This document shows positions 47,599-58,571 of a stretch of DNA of 64,000 bases, one piece after another. The position numbers were made by a program, and so were the translations under genes. Below the pieces are notes generated by a model, which saw only the letters and a program-made list of their open reading frames with translations, was not told where the DNA came from and did no database searches. Position 1 is the stretch's first letter, and each line of letters starts with the position of its first letter. The stretch spans positions 434,001-498,000 of the forward strand of contig OZ361259.1 of NCBI GenBank assembly GCA_977018835.1. Direction: 5' to 3'. The stretch is from Minutocellus sp. GHC0000111 (taxonomy: Eukaryota).

Positions 47599-47885
47599 TT
47601 CGTCGTCTCAAGCTCTATTGTTTATAGGTTTGAGCTATTGCTTAACTTGCCGAGCGAGCGAGGGAGATGCGATGAAAGATTTGAGAGCGGACGCGGCTAC
47701 GGCTGACTGGCGGACGAGAAGTGACTCCCGAAATGGAATATTGTATTGATTATCAGATAAGAATTGAGTAAAGGGAGTGAAGGGAGTGTTCCACTTCTTG
47801 CGGCATCGGCGGGAAAAGCGCGACTACCGTACGGTACCATACATAATCAGCCTCTATATATATAATAATCCCTTCTAATCAAGTT

Positions 47886-50602
47886 TTAGGCATCGCAATA
47901 ACCGTATAGAATGCCATGCATACGATCCATCAGCGGTGGCTTGATGTAGTGGAAGGCGACCGACTGCTTGGAGCAATGATCAAGACCCCATTTGCAGTCA
48001 ACGCAATCCAGGGCGTACCAGTCCTCATTCACATCTGCTGGCGGACGGTAGGTCAAGTGATGGCCCGGCTGGAATGGCATATATCTCTCAGCCTCAGTCT
48101 CATCCTTGGTATCATACGGGAGGATGCCGGATTTGCGTAGGCATCTGGCTACCAAAACATCCTCGCTGAAGGTGTGCAAATGAGGCATGCAGTTTGGCAT
48201 GGCCAGTATCAAAGTCTTCAGAGCAGCCTTGTTTAGGGTATATCCAGAGCCTCCCGAGTTGAATATTCTGTCTCGATCACCGTCCTGGGCAAAACGTCGA
48301 CCGAGGAAGAGAGGAGTCTGCGTAGTTTCATCTCCGTTGGGAAGATAAAGCCCACCATTGGAGGCCGTTTGTATCTCTTCTGACTCCAAATACAACCGCA
48401 AGTTTTCCATTAGCAGGTAGACGTCGTCGCCACCGCTATGAAAGTAATCGTACTTTTCATAGTAATTGTCATAGACATAGCTCCAAATGGACCGATTCTT
48501 CTGCCAGATATTGTTGTATTCCTCTTTGCCTACGTGGGGAATATTGACAGTGCCAATGACGCGATCGGTCTTGTCAGAAGCGTAGACAACCCCATCGCAC
48601 TTTGATCCCCACGTATGGCTGATGGCTTCAAGCCTGTCATGATTCTTCTGAATGGTGAAAAGGACACACAATATCTTGGGCCGTGGCTTTCCACTTTCCT
48701 TTGCCCTCTTTTCAGCGGCGGCATCTGCTTCAAAATCAATCGAGACCTTCTCCGTCAGCATTCGTTGATTGGCATCTCGTTTTGCGCAAGCTTCCTCCTT
48801 GTTCGGCAAATTAAATTCTGGTGGATTCCGATGCAAAAATTCTTCATCGTGGATGTAGCCCCAATTTCCGTCTTCGTCGACTGCGCCCTTGTGTGGATGT
48901 TCCTTATGGTCTCCAGCTACGTCCACAAACGATACATCAACCATGTCGGTACTCTGGATCATTTCGAGTCGAGCAGGATCAAGTGGCTTGGATGGCATTC
49001 GCTTAGCAGTGTCTGTACCAACACTTGCCACAACCTTCTTTGCATTGCCATTACCAGCAGCACCGCTCTCCTCCTTCACTGGGTGCAATGTGGGAGCCTC
49101 TTTGACAACATCCGCCTTCTCTCCTCCAATACCCAAATGGAATCGGTCTTCAAACGTTTGAAATGGCTTGCATCGCCGCATCAAATCTTTTGGCAAGGAA
49201 GTCGAGTCGCGTTCCACTTCCACCATGGCCTTCAATTTCCGTGCCTCTTTGGCATCTACGCCTCCATTCACCATCGACCGGGCAGGGTAAATTGATTTGG
49301 CCTGCTCGTCAGTCATCCACGCAGCCATGAGTCTCGCTGCCTCCTCATCACTCATATCATCGCTCGAATGATGAGGGTTATTCCGATCAACTCGTACTGC
49401 AGTCGATTTAGATGAGAGGACATTGATACCATCGCCGCACAGCCAAAGATTGAGAGATAATTCCACATCGGCAGCTGCTGCGCTGGTCAAGATGGCATCA
49501 TTGGACGGTAATTCATTGTATGTTTTAAGTCTCATTGCACTGGCCACTCCTCCGATGATGGGGGTTGGATAGGTCTTCCCCTTGCCGTCTGCCAATTCAG
49601 AGATGGATGTCTCTCCAGAGTGGATATGCAAGGATGGCAAGAGAGTGGTCGTTTCTCCGCGCTTGGAAGATGGGTGGTCAACTTGGAGGGACACAGCATT
49701 CTTTTGGGTACTTTCAGCCATCATCGGCGATACCAATGCCCCAGTAACATCGTTCAGCCATTTGGGATCAGTCAACCGCCCATCGCTTCTTAGAAATAGC
49801 AACATGATCTCTTCCTCTGGCTTTTTCAATCCAGCCTCTTCATACTTCTTTATCAAAATATTGACGAATTCGACCGCATCGGATCGAGAAGCAGACACGC
49901 CTTGCGCCTGAGCCTCTGTATTGTAGAATGCGTAAACCTTCTGGCTGCCATGATCATGCTTCTTTTGGGTGTTGGTCGGTTCAGCCTTGTGATTCGCTTC
50001 GTTCCCATCGTGGTCATGATAGGTGGAGCCGTGCCAGTGTCCCACGTCATTGCCGGTATTGACATCGTTCAAAGCCGCAGTAAGGTCATCATCTTCATGA
50101 TGACCGTCAATCACCGCTACAACCACCAAAATGCGATTTCGATCAGTATTGCTGGACAATACAACATGAAAATCAAAAAGTAAGTAAGTACGTAAGCAAG
50201 TAATAATGGCAACCAAACATCAAATGCGTGGACGTTTGTGTATCTTGAGTGCAAATTTCGTCGAGATGAGTTCGTGCTCATCCCATGCAACGATGGGCCA
50301 ACCCAACCCAACCCAACCCAACCCAACCCAACCCAACCCAACCCAACCCAAACAACCCTAAAACTCACCGAAAGACGCTCTCCACCGCTCCAACAATGGT
50401 GTGGGGATCTCCATCGGGAATAATGACGGCAACCCGTGGCTTGGAGGGACCATAACCGGCATATTCAGTGTTATCAAATAGATGGCGAAGCAATTTGTGC
50501 TTCAGCGCCTTTGTTGAACTCATTTACGCGTGTATCGGGGATATTTTCCGCGAAGATGAAAGCAACAACAGGAAGCCGGGAAGCACCTGTAAAATGCAAC
50601 AT
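47886..50602 (-). CDS. GT31 (core-1 beta-1,3-galactosyltransferase/fringe-like) protein with an N-terminal degenerate GalNAc-T-like region; intron 50152-50368; 5' end uncertain
   Basis: C-terminal ILC......H.....I..TWG.KCDG, EEYNNIWQK, GDDVY, FNSGGSGY.L, EDV..ARCL and FHY. An upstream exon YAGYGPSKPRVAVIIP..VGAVESVFR splices to NTDRNRIL. There is a probable extra base near 50510-50512. Confidence 0.75.
50298..50351. repeat. (CCCAA/TTGGG)~10 pentanucleotide microsatellite in an intron
   Basis: Direct reading; it lies about 17 nt downstream of the 5' splice site on the minus (sense) strand. Confidence 0.95.
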
Positions 50603-50767
50603 AAAAAAGGGGAAAAAGGATTAAATTTTCTTGCTAGATTTCTTTTTGACATCACAGAAATTTTTTGCCCATTGCTTGAAGAGATCGCGAGCATGAAATG
50701 AAGAAGATACTATCTAGTAGACGAGGCGAGGAAGCAAGCAAGAGGTGCTTTTAAGACTTTCCTAACG

Positions 50768-52385
50768 ATGAAATCCCCTGCGCGCATCCTCCTTCTGACG
50801 GCGGCGCTAGCTGCTACTCCTCTGCGAGTGAGTGCCATCCCAGCGAACCCACTCTACTACACCGATCAGATCGTGAATCACCTATCACCCGATGACGATG
50901 ATGAACGATGGACACAGCGCTACTACACGTACCCCAAGCATTTTGACGGTCCAGGGCACCCAATATTCGTGATCATGGGAGGCGAAGGTGCAATCGATCC
51001 GAACTTTGGTATTTATTATCCCTTCGTGGCAGATCATCTGGCGAAGCAGTTTGGTGCCTATGTTTTGCAGCCAGAGCATCGATTCTATGGTACCTCCCAA
51101 CCCCTGCAAGGAAAGATCCCAACACCAGAACAGCGGGTGTCACTCATCAACACGGAACAGGCAATGATGGACTACGTGAGGCTACTGAATTATGTTCAGG
51201 CTGACTTGGGTTGCTCGACGGATCGGACCTCACCCGAGTACTGCCCCGTCATCACAGTGGGGGGTTCCTATCCAGGATTCCTCAGTGCCATGATGCGAGT
51301 GGTGCATTCCAATGTAGTTGATATTGCCTACTCGGCATCGGCCCCCATGAAATTCTACGACCAAACCGTTGGGTCTGATGAATATTATGACCACATTACC
51401 GATGTTGCAGAGAATTGCTCTCCTGGTTGTTCCAGCAGCGTTCGGTCAACATTATCAGCCATTTCCGTTGAGCTTCAAAAGGCAGGAGAAGATAACTTTT
51501 CTTCGGTCGCTACATCAATAGGAATATGTGCCGAAAGCATACCGAACTACATTACTACAAGCAGGATCTTTCGAGATGAGCTCATGATGATTGTCACCTA
51601 CACATATGCCAACATGAATATGGCATACTACCCCCCAGGGAAGAAGACATCTCTGTATCAGGCCTGTCAGATATTTCAAGATGAAGATCTCATGCCTCTT
51701 CAAAAGATGAAGAAGTTCCTTGGCAATATGCTCTCCTCTAAGGACACCGACCATGGTGATTGCTTTGATTTGTCCACTCAGCTACCATCGGGGGCAAATG
51801 CAACAATAACAGCAGGCGACTGGTCGGGAGTAGGCACTGGCAACAACGGCGAAATTTGGGATACGCAAACTTGTACGTATCTTGTCGAACGCATCGGCTT
51901 TTCTCCTAGATCCATGTTTCCGAATCGCCCTTGGACTATGGACTGGCTGCAATCTCACTGTGCTTCTAGATTTGGAGTTGAGCCAAGACCATTCAAATAC
52001 AAGAAGAAGTGGCGGTTCGATGAGCTTGTCACCGGTGCCAATGCCACCAGAATTCTATTTACAAATGGTCTAAACGATGATTGGAGTGTTGGAGGGATTA
52101 AAGAGAGCCTATCCGAGTGTTGGAGGGATTAAAGAGAGCCTATCAGACAGCATTTTGGCTATCAATCTGAAAACCGGAGCTCATCACTCAGACCTTTCGC
52201 ACGTTGGACCGTCAGAACACGATACCAGAGAAGTAAAGCTTGCTTTCAAAAAGATTAGCAAGGTTCTAGGTGACTGGATTGAAGAGGTGAAGAGCGAGGC
52301 AAAAGATCGTCAAGCATCTCCATCGATATTGCTGCGCAAGGATATTATTTATGATGAGGCCGAGTCACCCATCAGTATCACATAA
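50768..52385 (+). pseudogene. Serine carboxypeptidase S28 family (PRCP/DPP7-like), frameshifted by a 31-bp tandem duplication
   Basis: Signal peptide, MGGEG, EHRFYG.S.P, GGSYPG (Ser), ASAP and FTNG.ND.W (Asp). GAHHSDL (His) lies in the second frame after the duplicated 52084-52113/52115-52144 segment. Confidence 0.85.
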
Positions 52386-52415
52386 AATTAATACTAGTGC
52401 ATTAAAACCGTTGCC

Positions 52416-54542
52416 CTAAGATGTCCCACCTGCTGTGCCCGAAGCAGCCTTCTTTGGCTTCTTGGCCTTGGGCTTGGCTGCATCATCTCCATCGGGTGCC
52501 TTCTTCTTTTTGCTCTTCTTTGCTGGCTTCTTTTTGGGACTTTCCGTGGCCGCTCCAGCTGCAGCACCGGAGGCGGCTGGAGCTGTCCCGTCCCCAGAAG
52601 TTGCCTTATCGGCCTTGGTCTTTTTGGACTTGCTCTTTGATCCACCACTGGTAGACTTTTTCTTCTCACCGCCCGTTGTGGACGTTCCGGATGCAGTCTT
52701 TCCAGAACCGGAAGATGACGATGCCTTCTTGCTCTTCGCCTTACTAGCAGCCTGGCGCGCCTTGGACTTCGCTTTTGCTCTTTCGGCTGCCTTGAGAGCC
52801 GCAAGTGATCCGCCAAGCTTTGAGAGCCTAGTCCTGCGACCCTGAACCTCCTGCTCCCTTTTGAGGCAAATTTTCTCCAAGGCAATGAGGGTGATGGTAT
52901 CCTTCCGGACAGAATCATACATGTCGCAAACCCTTTTGGTCGGTAGGGGCTCATCAGGCACATGCAATTCCTTGAGAACAATCTCCATACGTTTGAGCAG
53001 GCTCTTGTTGATTCCAGCACTGCCTCTCGATAATCCCGATTGCATGTACGGCGTTCCCGACTTTGGCACCGGTGCCGCAGAGGCAAAGGCCTCGTCGAGC
53101 GTTGCTCTGTCCATGGCACCCTCGGCCGATGGAAGAGGCGTCGCCGCCCTGGATCCACCGGCCTGACCCTGTGCCGCCTGGATATGCCCACCGCTCTTTT
53201 TCAACTTGCGAATCTGTGCCTCGACCAGCCGCAATTCAGCTCGCAACTCCTCCTCCTCCTCGTGTTCCTCCTCCTTGGACCGGTACCAAAGCAGATCGAG
53301 CTGCCGCCGACGTTCCCTCTCAGCATCGAGATCGAAGGTATTCTTGTTGGTCGTTCCCGTCCCCCCGGAAATGATGGTGGGCTGATACCTTGGATCGACC
53401 TGGGCAATAGCAGCTGCCACGGTCCTGTCGGCGATGAGCTCCTCCGTCGTCCGACCATCGCTCGACTTGATCTGCTGCGTCGGCGGAGGTAGAGCCGTCG
53501 TTATGATCGTCCCGTCCGGGCCCACCTGCTGCTGCTGCATCTGGGCTTGGGCCTGTTGCTGCTGCTGGATCCCCCGCAGAGCCACCTGGGCGGCCTGCGC
53601 CTCGGCCGCGGCAGCCTGCTGGACGCGAAGGCGCGTCAATCGAGCCCCGATGCTGTAGTACCGGTGCATCAGCTCTTCGACGGTGCGATGGTCGGGTCCG
53701 AAGTGGCACACCCACCGATCATGGATGACGGCCCACCGCAACTCGAATATGCGGGCAAATTCCACCAATTTGTCGGTCTCGGCCTTGGTCCAGGTTCGGT
53801 GCGTCAAGGGCTCTCGACTTTTCTGCCTCACCTCATCGGCAACGATGGCCCCATTGGCCTTCTTGGTAACGATCAGCCCGCTGGGCGGATTCTCCTCGAC
53901 ATTCATAAAGCGTTCGTATTCCTCGTCTGTGTACGACATGGGATCCAGATGGACGTCGAATCGCGCATACGGGTAGTCGGGATATTCCACCCCCGAACGG
54001 ACCCAATGAGAGAACTGCGCCCCGTCGGTCCGAGCCGATGAGGAGAAGGGGGCCCACACCCACCGACGTGCCGGCTTGTTCGAGGAGATGGTGCGGTTTC
54101 CAACCTTGACCGTCCGGGGAACGGTCGGCGGTGGCTCCTTTTGCTGTTCGACCCTAGCTGCGGTAGCATCACCATCTGTCTCTGACGCCTTCTTCGCCGC
54201 TTCGGCAGCTGTCGTTGCTCCGTCGTCCTCCATGATGGCGTCGCCGTCACCGTTCGCCGCCGCTGCAGCCGCCGACTCCAAGTCCACTCCCTCCACTGGT
54301 CGGCCAGATACCGCCGACGCGTATCGGGCGGCCGCAAAGCCCAGACTGGGGACCATGGGCGGGAGGGGCGCCGCATGAACATCGCCCTTGCGTAGGTTGG
54401 GGTCCGTCAGCAGCTCGAGGACGTCCCTGGTAAGGCCGTACGGCGGCGGCGGCGGCGGGTACGGGTTGGCACCCGCGTGGCCGGGGAGGCTACCGCCGTG
54501 CTTGGCAGCCTCCCCGGCCAGAATGTTGGCCACGTCTCCCAT
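52416..54542 (-). CDS. DMAP1: DNA methyltransferase 1-associated protein / SWR1-NuA4 subunit Swc4
   Basis: MGDVANIL, W.WAPF.SSARTDG..FSHWV, DYPYARF, SANT WTKAETDKL...RW.VIHDR..RTVEEL..RYY, FD...ERERR.QL and PT..VC..YD. Confidence 0.88.
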   Translation of the reverse strand: MGDVANILAGEAAKHGGSLPGHAGANPYPPPPPPYGLTRDVLELLTDPNLRKGDVHAAPLPPMVPSLGFAAARYASAVSGRPVEGVDLESAAAAAANGDGDAIMEDDGATTAAEAAKKASETDGDATAARVEQQKEPPPTVPRTVKVGNRTISSNKPARRWVWAPFSSSARTDGAQFSHWVRSGVEYPDYPYARFDVHLDPMSYTDEEYERFMNVEENPPSGLIVTKKANGAIVADEVRQKSREPLTHRTWTKAETDKLVEFARIFELRWAVIHDRWVCHFGPDHRTVEELMHRYYSIGARLTRLRVQQAAAAEAQAAQVALRGIQQQQQAQAQMQQQQVGPDGTIITTALPPPTQQIKSSDGRTTEELIADRTVAAAIAQVDPRYQPTIISGGTGTTNKNTFDLDAERERRRQLDLLWYRSKEEEHEEEEELRAELRLVEAQIRKLKKSGGHIQAAQGQAGGSRAATPLPSAEGAMDRATLDEAFASAAPVPKSGTPYMQSGLSRGSAGINKSLLKRMEIVLKELHVPDEPLPTKRVCDMYDSVRKDTITLIALEKICLKREQEVQGRRTRLSKLGGSLAALKAAERAKAKSKARQAASKAKSKKASSSSGSGKTASGTSTTGGEKKKSTSGGSKSKSKKTKADKATSGDGTAPAASGAAAGAATESPKKKPAKKSKKKKAPDGDDAAKPKAKKPKKAASGTAGGTS

Positions 54543-54760
54543 GTTACTGCTCACTATAGGGCGTACGAATCGCAATGGGTACTGGTATCAGGGGGACAAC
54601 AGCGAGCGTATCCTCTCTCCGACACATGTTGTGTTCGTTCATTCGATTCGATGATTCGTCGTGGTCTGGCCTTCATCCGTTGCTTTTCATTTCATTCTTG
54701 CTTCTTTGCATTTTATTTTGCATGCTGCAAACTCTCTCATTCTTCCAGCTATGCACTGAT

Positions 54761-56191
54761 ATGATGGCCGATCTCGCCACCGCACCAGTCAAGCCTCTGG
54801 ATGCCTCCATTGTCTTCCTCGGCACTTGCTCAATGCGGCCATCTCCAACGCGCAATGTAAGCGGCAACGCCATCCGCATCGGGCGGGAGTGGACAATAGT
54901 GGACTGTGGCGAAGGGACGCAGCATCAGATATTGAAATGTGCCTCGCATTCCAACTGCGCCAGGATATCACCGGGGAACATCACAAGGATACTGATAACT
55001 CATCTTCACGGAGATCGTTGCTTCGGTCTGCCCGGCCTCATGCGCTTGATTGACAATGCCGTGGCGGCCATGGTCAATGACCCCACTGGTAGCAAGAGAA
55101 AACGAGCGAAAGGACCAAAGGAATCTAAAGATGATGAAGAAAACTATAATGGTCAAGGTTCTAACGAGAAGATTGTTCACATAGTAGGTCCACGTGGATT
55201 GAGAAATATGATTCGGGCAAATTTAATTTCGAGCTGTACGGGCATATCATTTCGCTTTCGAGTGGACGAGCTTTGGACGGAACGGGATGTTCGACAGCAC
55301 CAAGGAATGCAACAGAACAGCAACGGCAGTGCTCACTTTGCCACTGTATTTGGTCTGGCCAATCATCCATCGGAAGTAGCTGGAATGGACGTACACCCCA
55401 ACCCAGATTCAACGTGGACCATACCAACTCATCCTGCTGGCGGACCAATGGCTGCATCGTGGAGACTCTGTGCAGCGCCGCTCCAGCATACCATAGATTC
55501 TGTTGGCTATGTCTTTATGGAGGGACCGCAGAGGGGCAGCTTGAATGTTACTCAGGCCTTGCGAGGTCAATTGCTCACCGACGAAAACAAGGCCTACCAA
55601 AAGACCATGGGAATATCCAATCCACTACAGCTCTTGGGCTTTCTACAAAAGGGCGAATCGGCATGCATCAAAGAGGGGAGTGCGATCGTCCAGCTCAATC
55701 CCGAGGAATATGTGAGTCCACCAACACCGGGGCGCAAGCTCGTTGTTTTAGGCGACACGTGTGATTCTCGGCAGCTTGCTGGGTTGGCTGCCAATGCTGA
55801 CATGATTGTACACGAGGCTACCAATGCCGCCATCGAAGCCGGCGAAACAATAGACGCCGGTGCAAAGCTGGCAGTTTCCAGGGGACACAGCACACCAGCG
55901 ATGGCAGGTGCCTTTGCCAGGGCATGCGGAGCCAGGCAGCTGGTATTGACACACTTTTCATCGAGATACAAGGGAGATGATTCGGTGAAAAGTGTTGCGG
56001 TAATGAACAACCAAATTGTTGGGCAGGCCATGGAAACCTTCGAAAGCAATTCTGTCCTTGCAGCTCAAGATTTAATGGAAATCAAACTAACTTCTCAAAA
56101 GGGGGTAAGAGATTTGGTAGATCCGTCGAAAGCCTTGGCATCTGCCGCAGCTGCTGCAGATTTATATTTGAGGAGGGCTGGATTGATGTAG
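54761..56191 (+). CDS. Short-form RNase Z (ELAC1/tRNase ZS) with the HxHxDH motif reading HLHGDR
   Basis: FLGT.S..P...RNVS, VDCGEGTQHQ, ITHLHGDR.FGLPG, GP.GL, LQHTIDSVGY, GRKLVVLGDT, HEAT, GHST and LTHFSSRY. Confidence 0.88.
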   Translation: MMADLATAPVKPLDASIVFLGTCSMRPSPTRNVSGNAIRIGREWTIVDCGEGTQHQILKCASHSNCARISPGNITRILITHLHGDRCFGLPGLMRLIDNAVAAMVNDPTGSKRKRAKGPKESKDDEENYNGQGSNEKIVHIVGPRGLRNMIRANLISSCTGISFRFRVDELWTERDVRQHQGMQQNSNGSAHFATVFGLANHPSEVAGMDVHPNPDSTWTIPTHPAGGPMAASWRLCAAPLQHTIDSVGYVFMEGPQRGSLNVTQALRGQLLTDENKAYQKTMGISNPLQLLGFLQKGESACIKEGSAIVQLNPEEYVSPPTPGRKLVVLGDTCDSRQLAGLAANADMIVHEATNAAIEAGETIDAGAKLAVSRGHSTPAMAGAFARACGARQLVLTHFSSRYKGDDSVKSVAVMNNQIVGQAMETFESNSVLAAQDLMEIKLTSQKGVRDLVDPSKALASAAAAADLYLRRAGLM

Positions 56192-56353
56192 ATGCCTGTA
56201 ACTACGTAGCTACATGTACGTAGATCTACTTTACGAAACTGACTCATTACCTAATCCTCCGGGTTGCTAATTATCGCATCATCACGTGTATCATGCATGT
56301 GACTACTCCGTGTAGCAGCTGGGCAAGGAGCGATTGCTGCTCACGGTCACTTT

Positions 56354-56653
56354 TAGGAAGCCCCCTTTTGTTCGTTGTTCCCCGCGGCTACGTCACTGTG
56401 ACGACGGCTGCAGCAGAGCGAACAGAAAGTTGCGAGAACAGATTCAGAGTCTTGTAGCTAGTCCTTTACAGCTGCTCCTCTTCGCTGACTCATCTTTAGC
56501 CCAAGCGCTGACGAAGCAGAACACGTCAGTCGCTCTCACCAGCTTCCTGCCTGAGGCGCTCTGCGAGCCACTCACTTACTTTTCGTTCGCTTTCGGCAGC
56601 ACTTGCATCCCCCCCTCAGAGATGCTCTCTCTGCCGAGTGCAGAGCTTCTTGC
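56354..56653 (+). repeat. Direct repeat copy 1 of the retroelement
   Basis: TAGGAAGCCCCCTTTTGTTCG...GAGCCACTCAC..TTCTTGC, near-identical to 58572-58874 apart from short indels and a few transitions. Confidence 0.95.
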
Positions 56654-58571
56654 CTTCCGCACATCTCTTCGCTCTCCATCGTCCCGAAAGCTCACTCTCC
56701 ATCCTTTCATCATGCCTCTCGTCGACCCCATCGTCTTCCAGCACCCCGCCCTCACAGAGAAACTTCTCCTGGGCTCCGGTTTCCCTCGTCGCCGCAATGA
56801 TGATGTGATGGTTGGTTGGTGGTGGTTTGAAAGCAAGCGTCATTTCCGACTCTCTCGGGCCACCCCCGCACGACGACTGCCGCGCTCCCCGGAAAACCTC
56901 TCCTGACGTCCTTCCACGTCTCCTCCGTCCAGAGGGGCGCCTTCTTCGTCCCCGGCATCGAGGCGGCCAGTCTCGACGGCTGCAACGATGCACCCATTTT
57001 CATCGAACGCAACCTTCATGGCAAATCGACAGCAGTCTTTGCTGGCCCCGACGAAGGTCAGACGGCCGATGACATCAGCGCGCCGGCCACGCTTCAGCGC
57101 CAGCATTGCGAAAAATTTGCCGAAGCAGCCTCTTCCTTCATCATCGCCAACGTTACCAAGCCCGACCTTGGCACCATCCTGGACCGCCGTAAGCTCCTCC
57201 CCGGCCTGGGTTGCTTCCTCGCGCCAGGTCAGCTCTGTCTCAACAAGCAGACCGGCAAGGTTCGCATCTTCGTGTGCGCCGCCGCCACTTTCGGCCCGCC
57301 CCGCACTGCCTTTGACGACGAAGCACCCTTCCGTCGGCCCGGTGCCGACGGGCCCATGATCCCCCTTCTGTTCTCGCCTCGGCTCTGTCTGCCCCAGCGG
57401 CAACTCACCGCACCTGAGATCGATCAGATCACGGGCGTCCTCTCCGTTGACGGTGACTCCTACGCCGAGCTAGAAGTCGTCGAACGCCCCGACGACATCC
57501 CCCTTCCCGCCCCGACGGACCCTCTCTGCCGTTTCGTCGTCGGCGAAAGCAATGAGCCTGAGTGCATCACGTCGCTCATCACACATGGCCTCCTTCGCCC
57601 AAGTGATGCGCCCAAGATGACCCCAGCCAAGCATTCCATCCTGACTAGATGCCTGCCACTCCCATTCAAGGAAGGCATCGATCTCCCTCTCCTGGCCTTG
57701 TCTTCGACCCGGCCGGCTTTTTCCCCTGTCGAGCAGTGCCGCGAGATCATCGGCGGTCCCCGCTCCCCGTCCATTGTCACCGACGAGCACTGGCTCACTC
57801 ACCCGTACGTCCGCACATGGTTCCGCACCGTCTACACGGTGTCCCTTCAGGATAAGCCGCTTAACAGCGGTTTCACCTCCCTCTTCCACGTCGACACCTC
57901 GCATCTGCCAGGTCACTTCGGCTCGAGCGTCACGCACCCCACTCCAGGGCGCATCCATCACCTCGCCGATTCCGTTTCGTTAGCGGCATCCATCTTGCCC
58001 TCGCCAACATCGTCTTTCGCAAAGGCAAATCAAGACAGATCATCGACCCTTCGTCTGTCATCTCACCTTCGGACACCGGAGCCGTCAACAAGCAGGTCGC
58101 AAAGTCCGATGCAGCCCTGGTCCCCCGAGTGCTCTGTGACTCCGCATTCCAGCGCACATGCCGCCACGCTTGCCGGCTACGCGCGACGTGCCCAGGCCAA
58201 GACATGCTAGGTTGCGTCGACGACATTGCCAAAGCGTTCAAACGAGTCAGATGTCACCCTCAGTTTGCCCCGCTCTTCGCATGGGGGTTCCGAGGGCACC
58301 TGACATGCTCGCAGCCCAGTCATTGTGTCTCTTGCTCGTTTCCTCACTGGACTCATCACCTTTGCTCCCTTTCCCGTCAACCTTCAGGGTTTCCACATTC
58401 GTGGCATCGAGAATGTGGGACCAGATGCTCTCTCTCGTCCCCATCAGTGTCCCACGTGGGAATCAGTGTTCGCAGTCGCGCCGGAGCTTCGTCCCTTCAA
58501 GGCATGCCACATTCCGCGCAAGCTTGTCTCCGTCATCGTCAGCGTGATTTTGAACAAATTCCCGTCTCAGC

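Noticed and set aside
40007..54542. Cluster of cell-cycle and chromatin genes (CDH1, RING1, DMAP1) as a functional locus
   Set aside because: They are interspersed with unrelated enzymes, and there is no evidence of co-regulation; chance proximity is sufficient.
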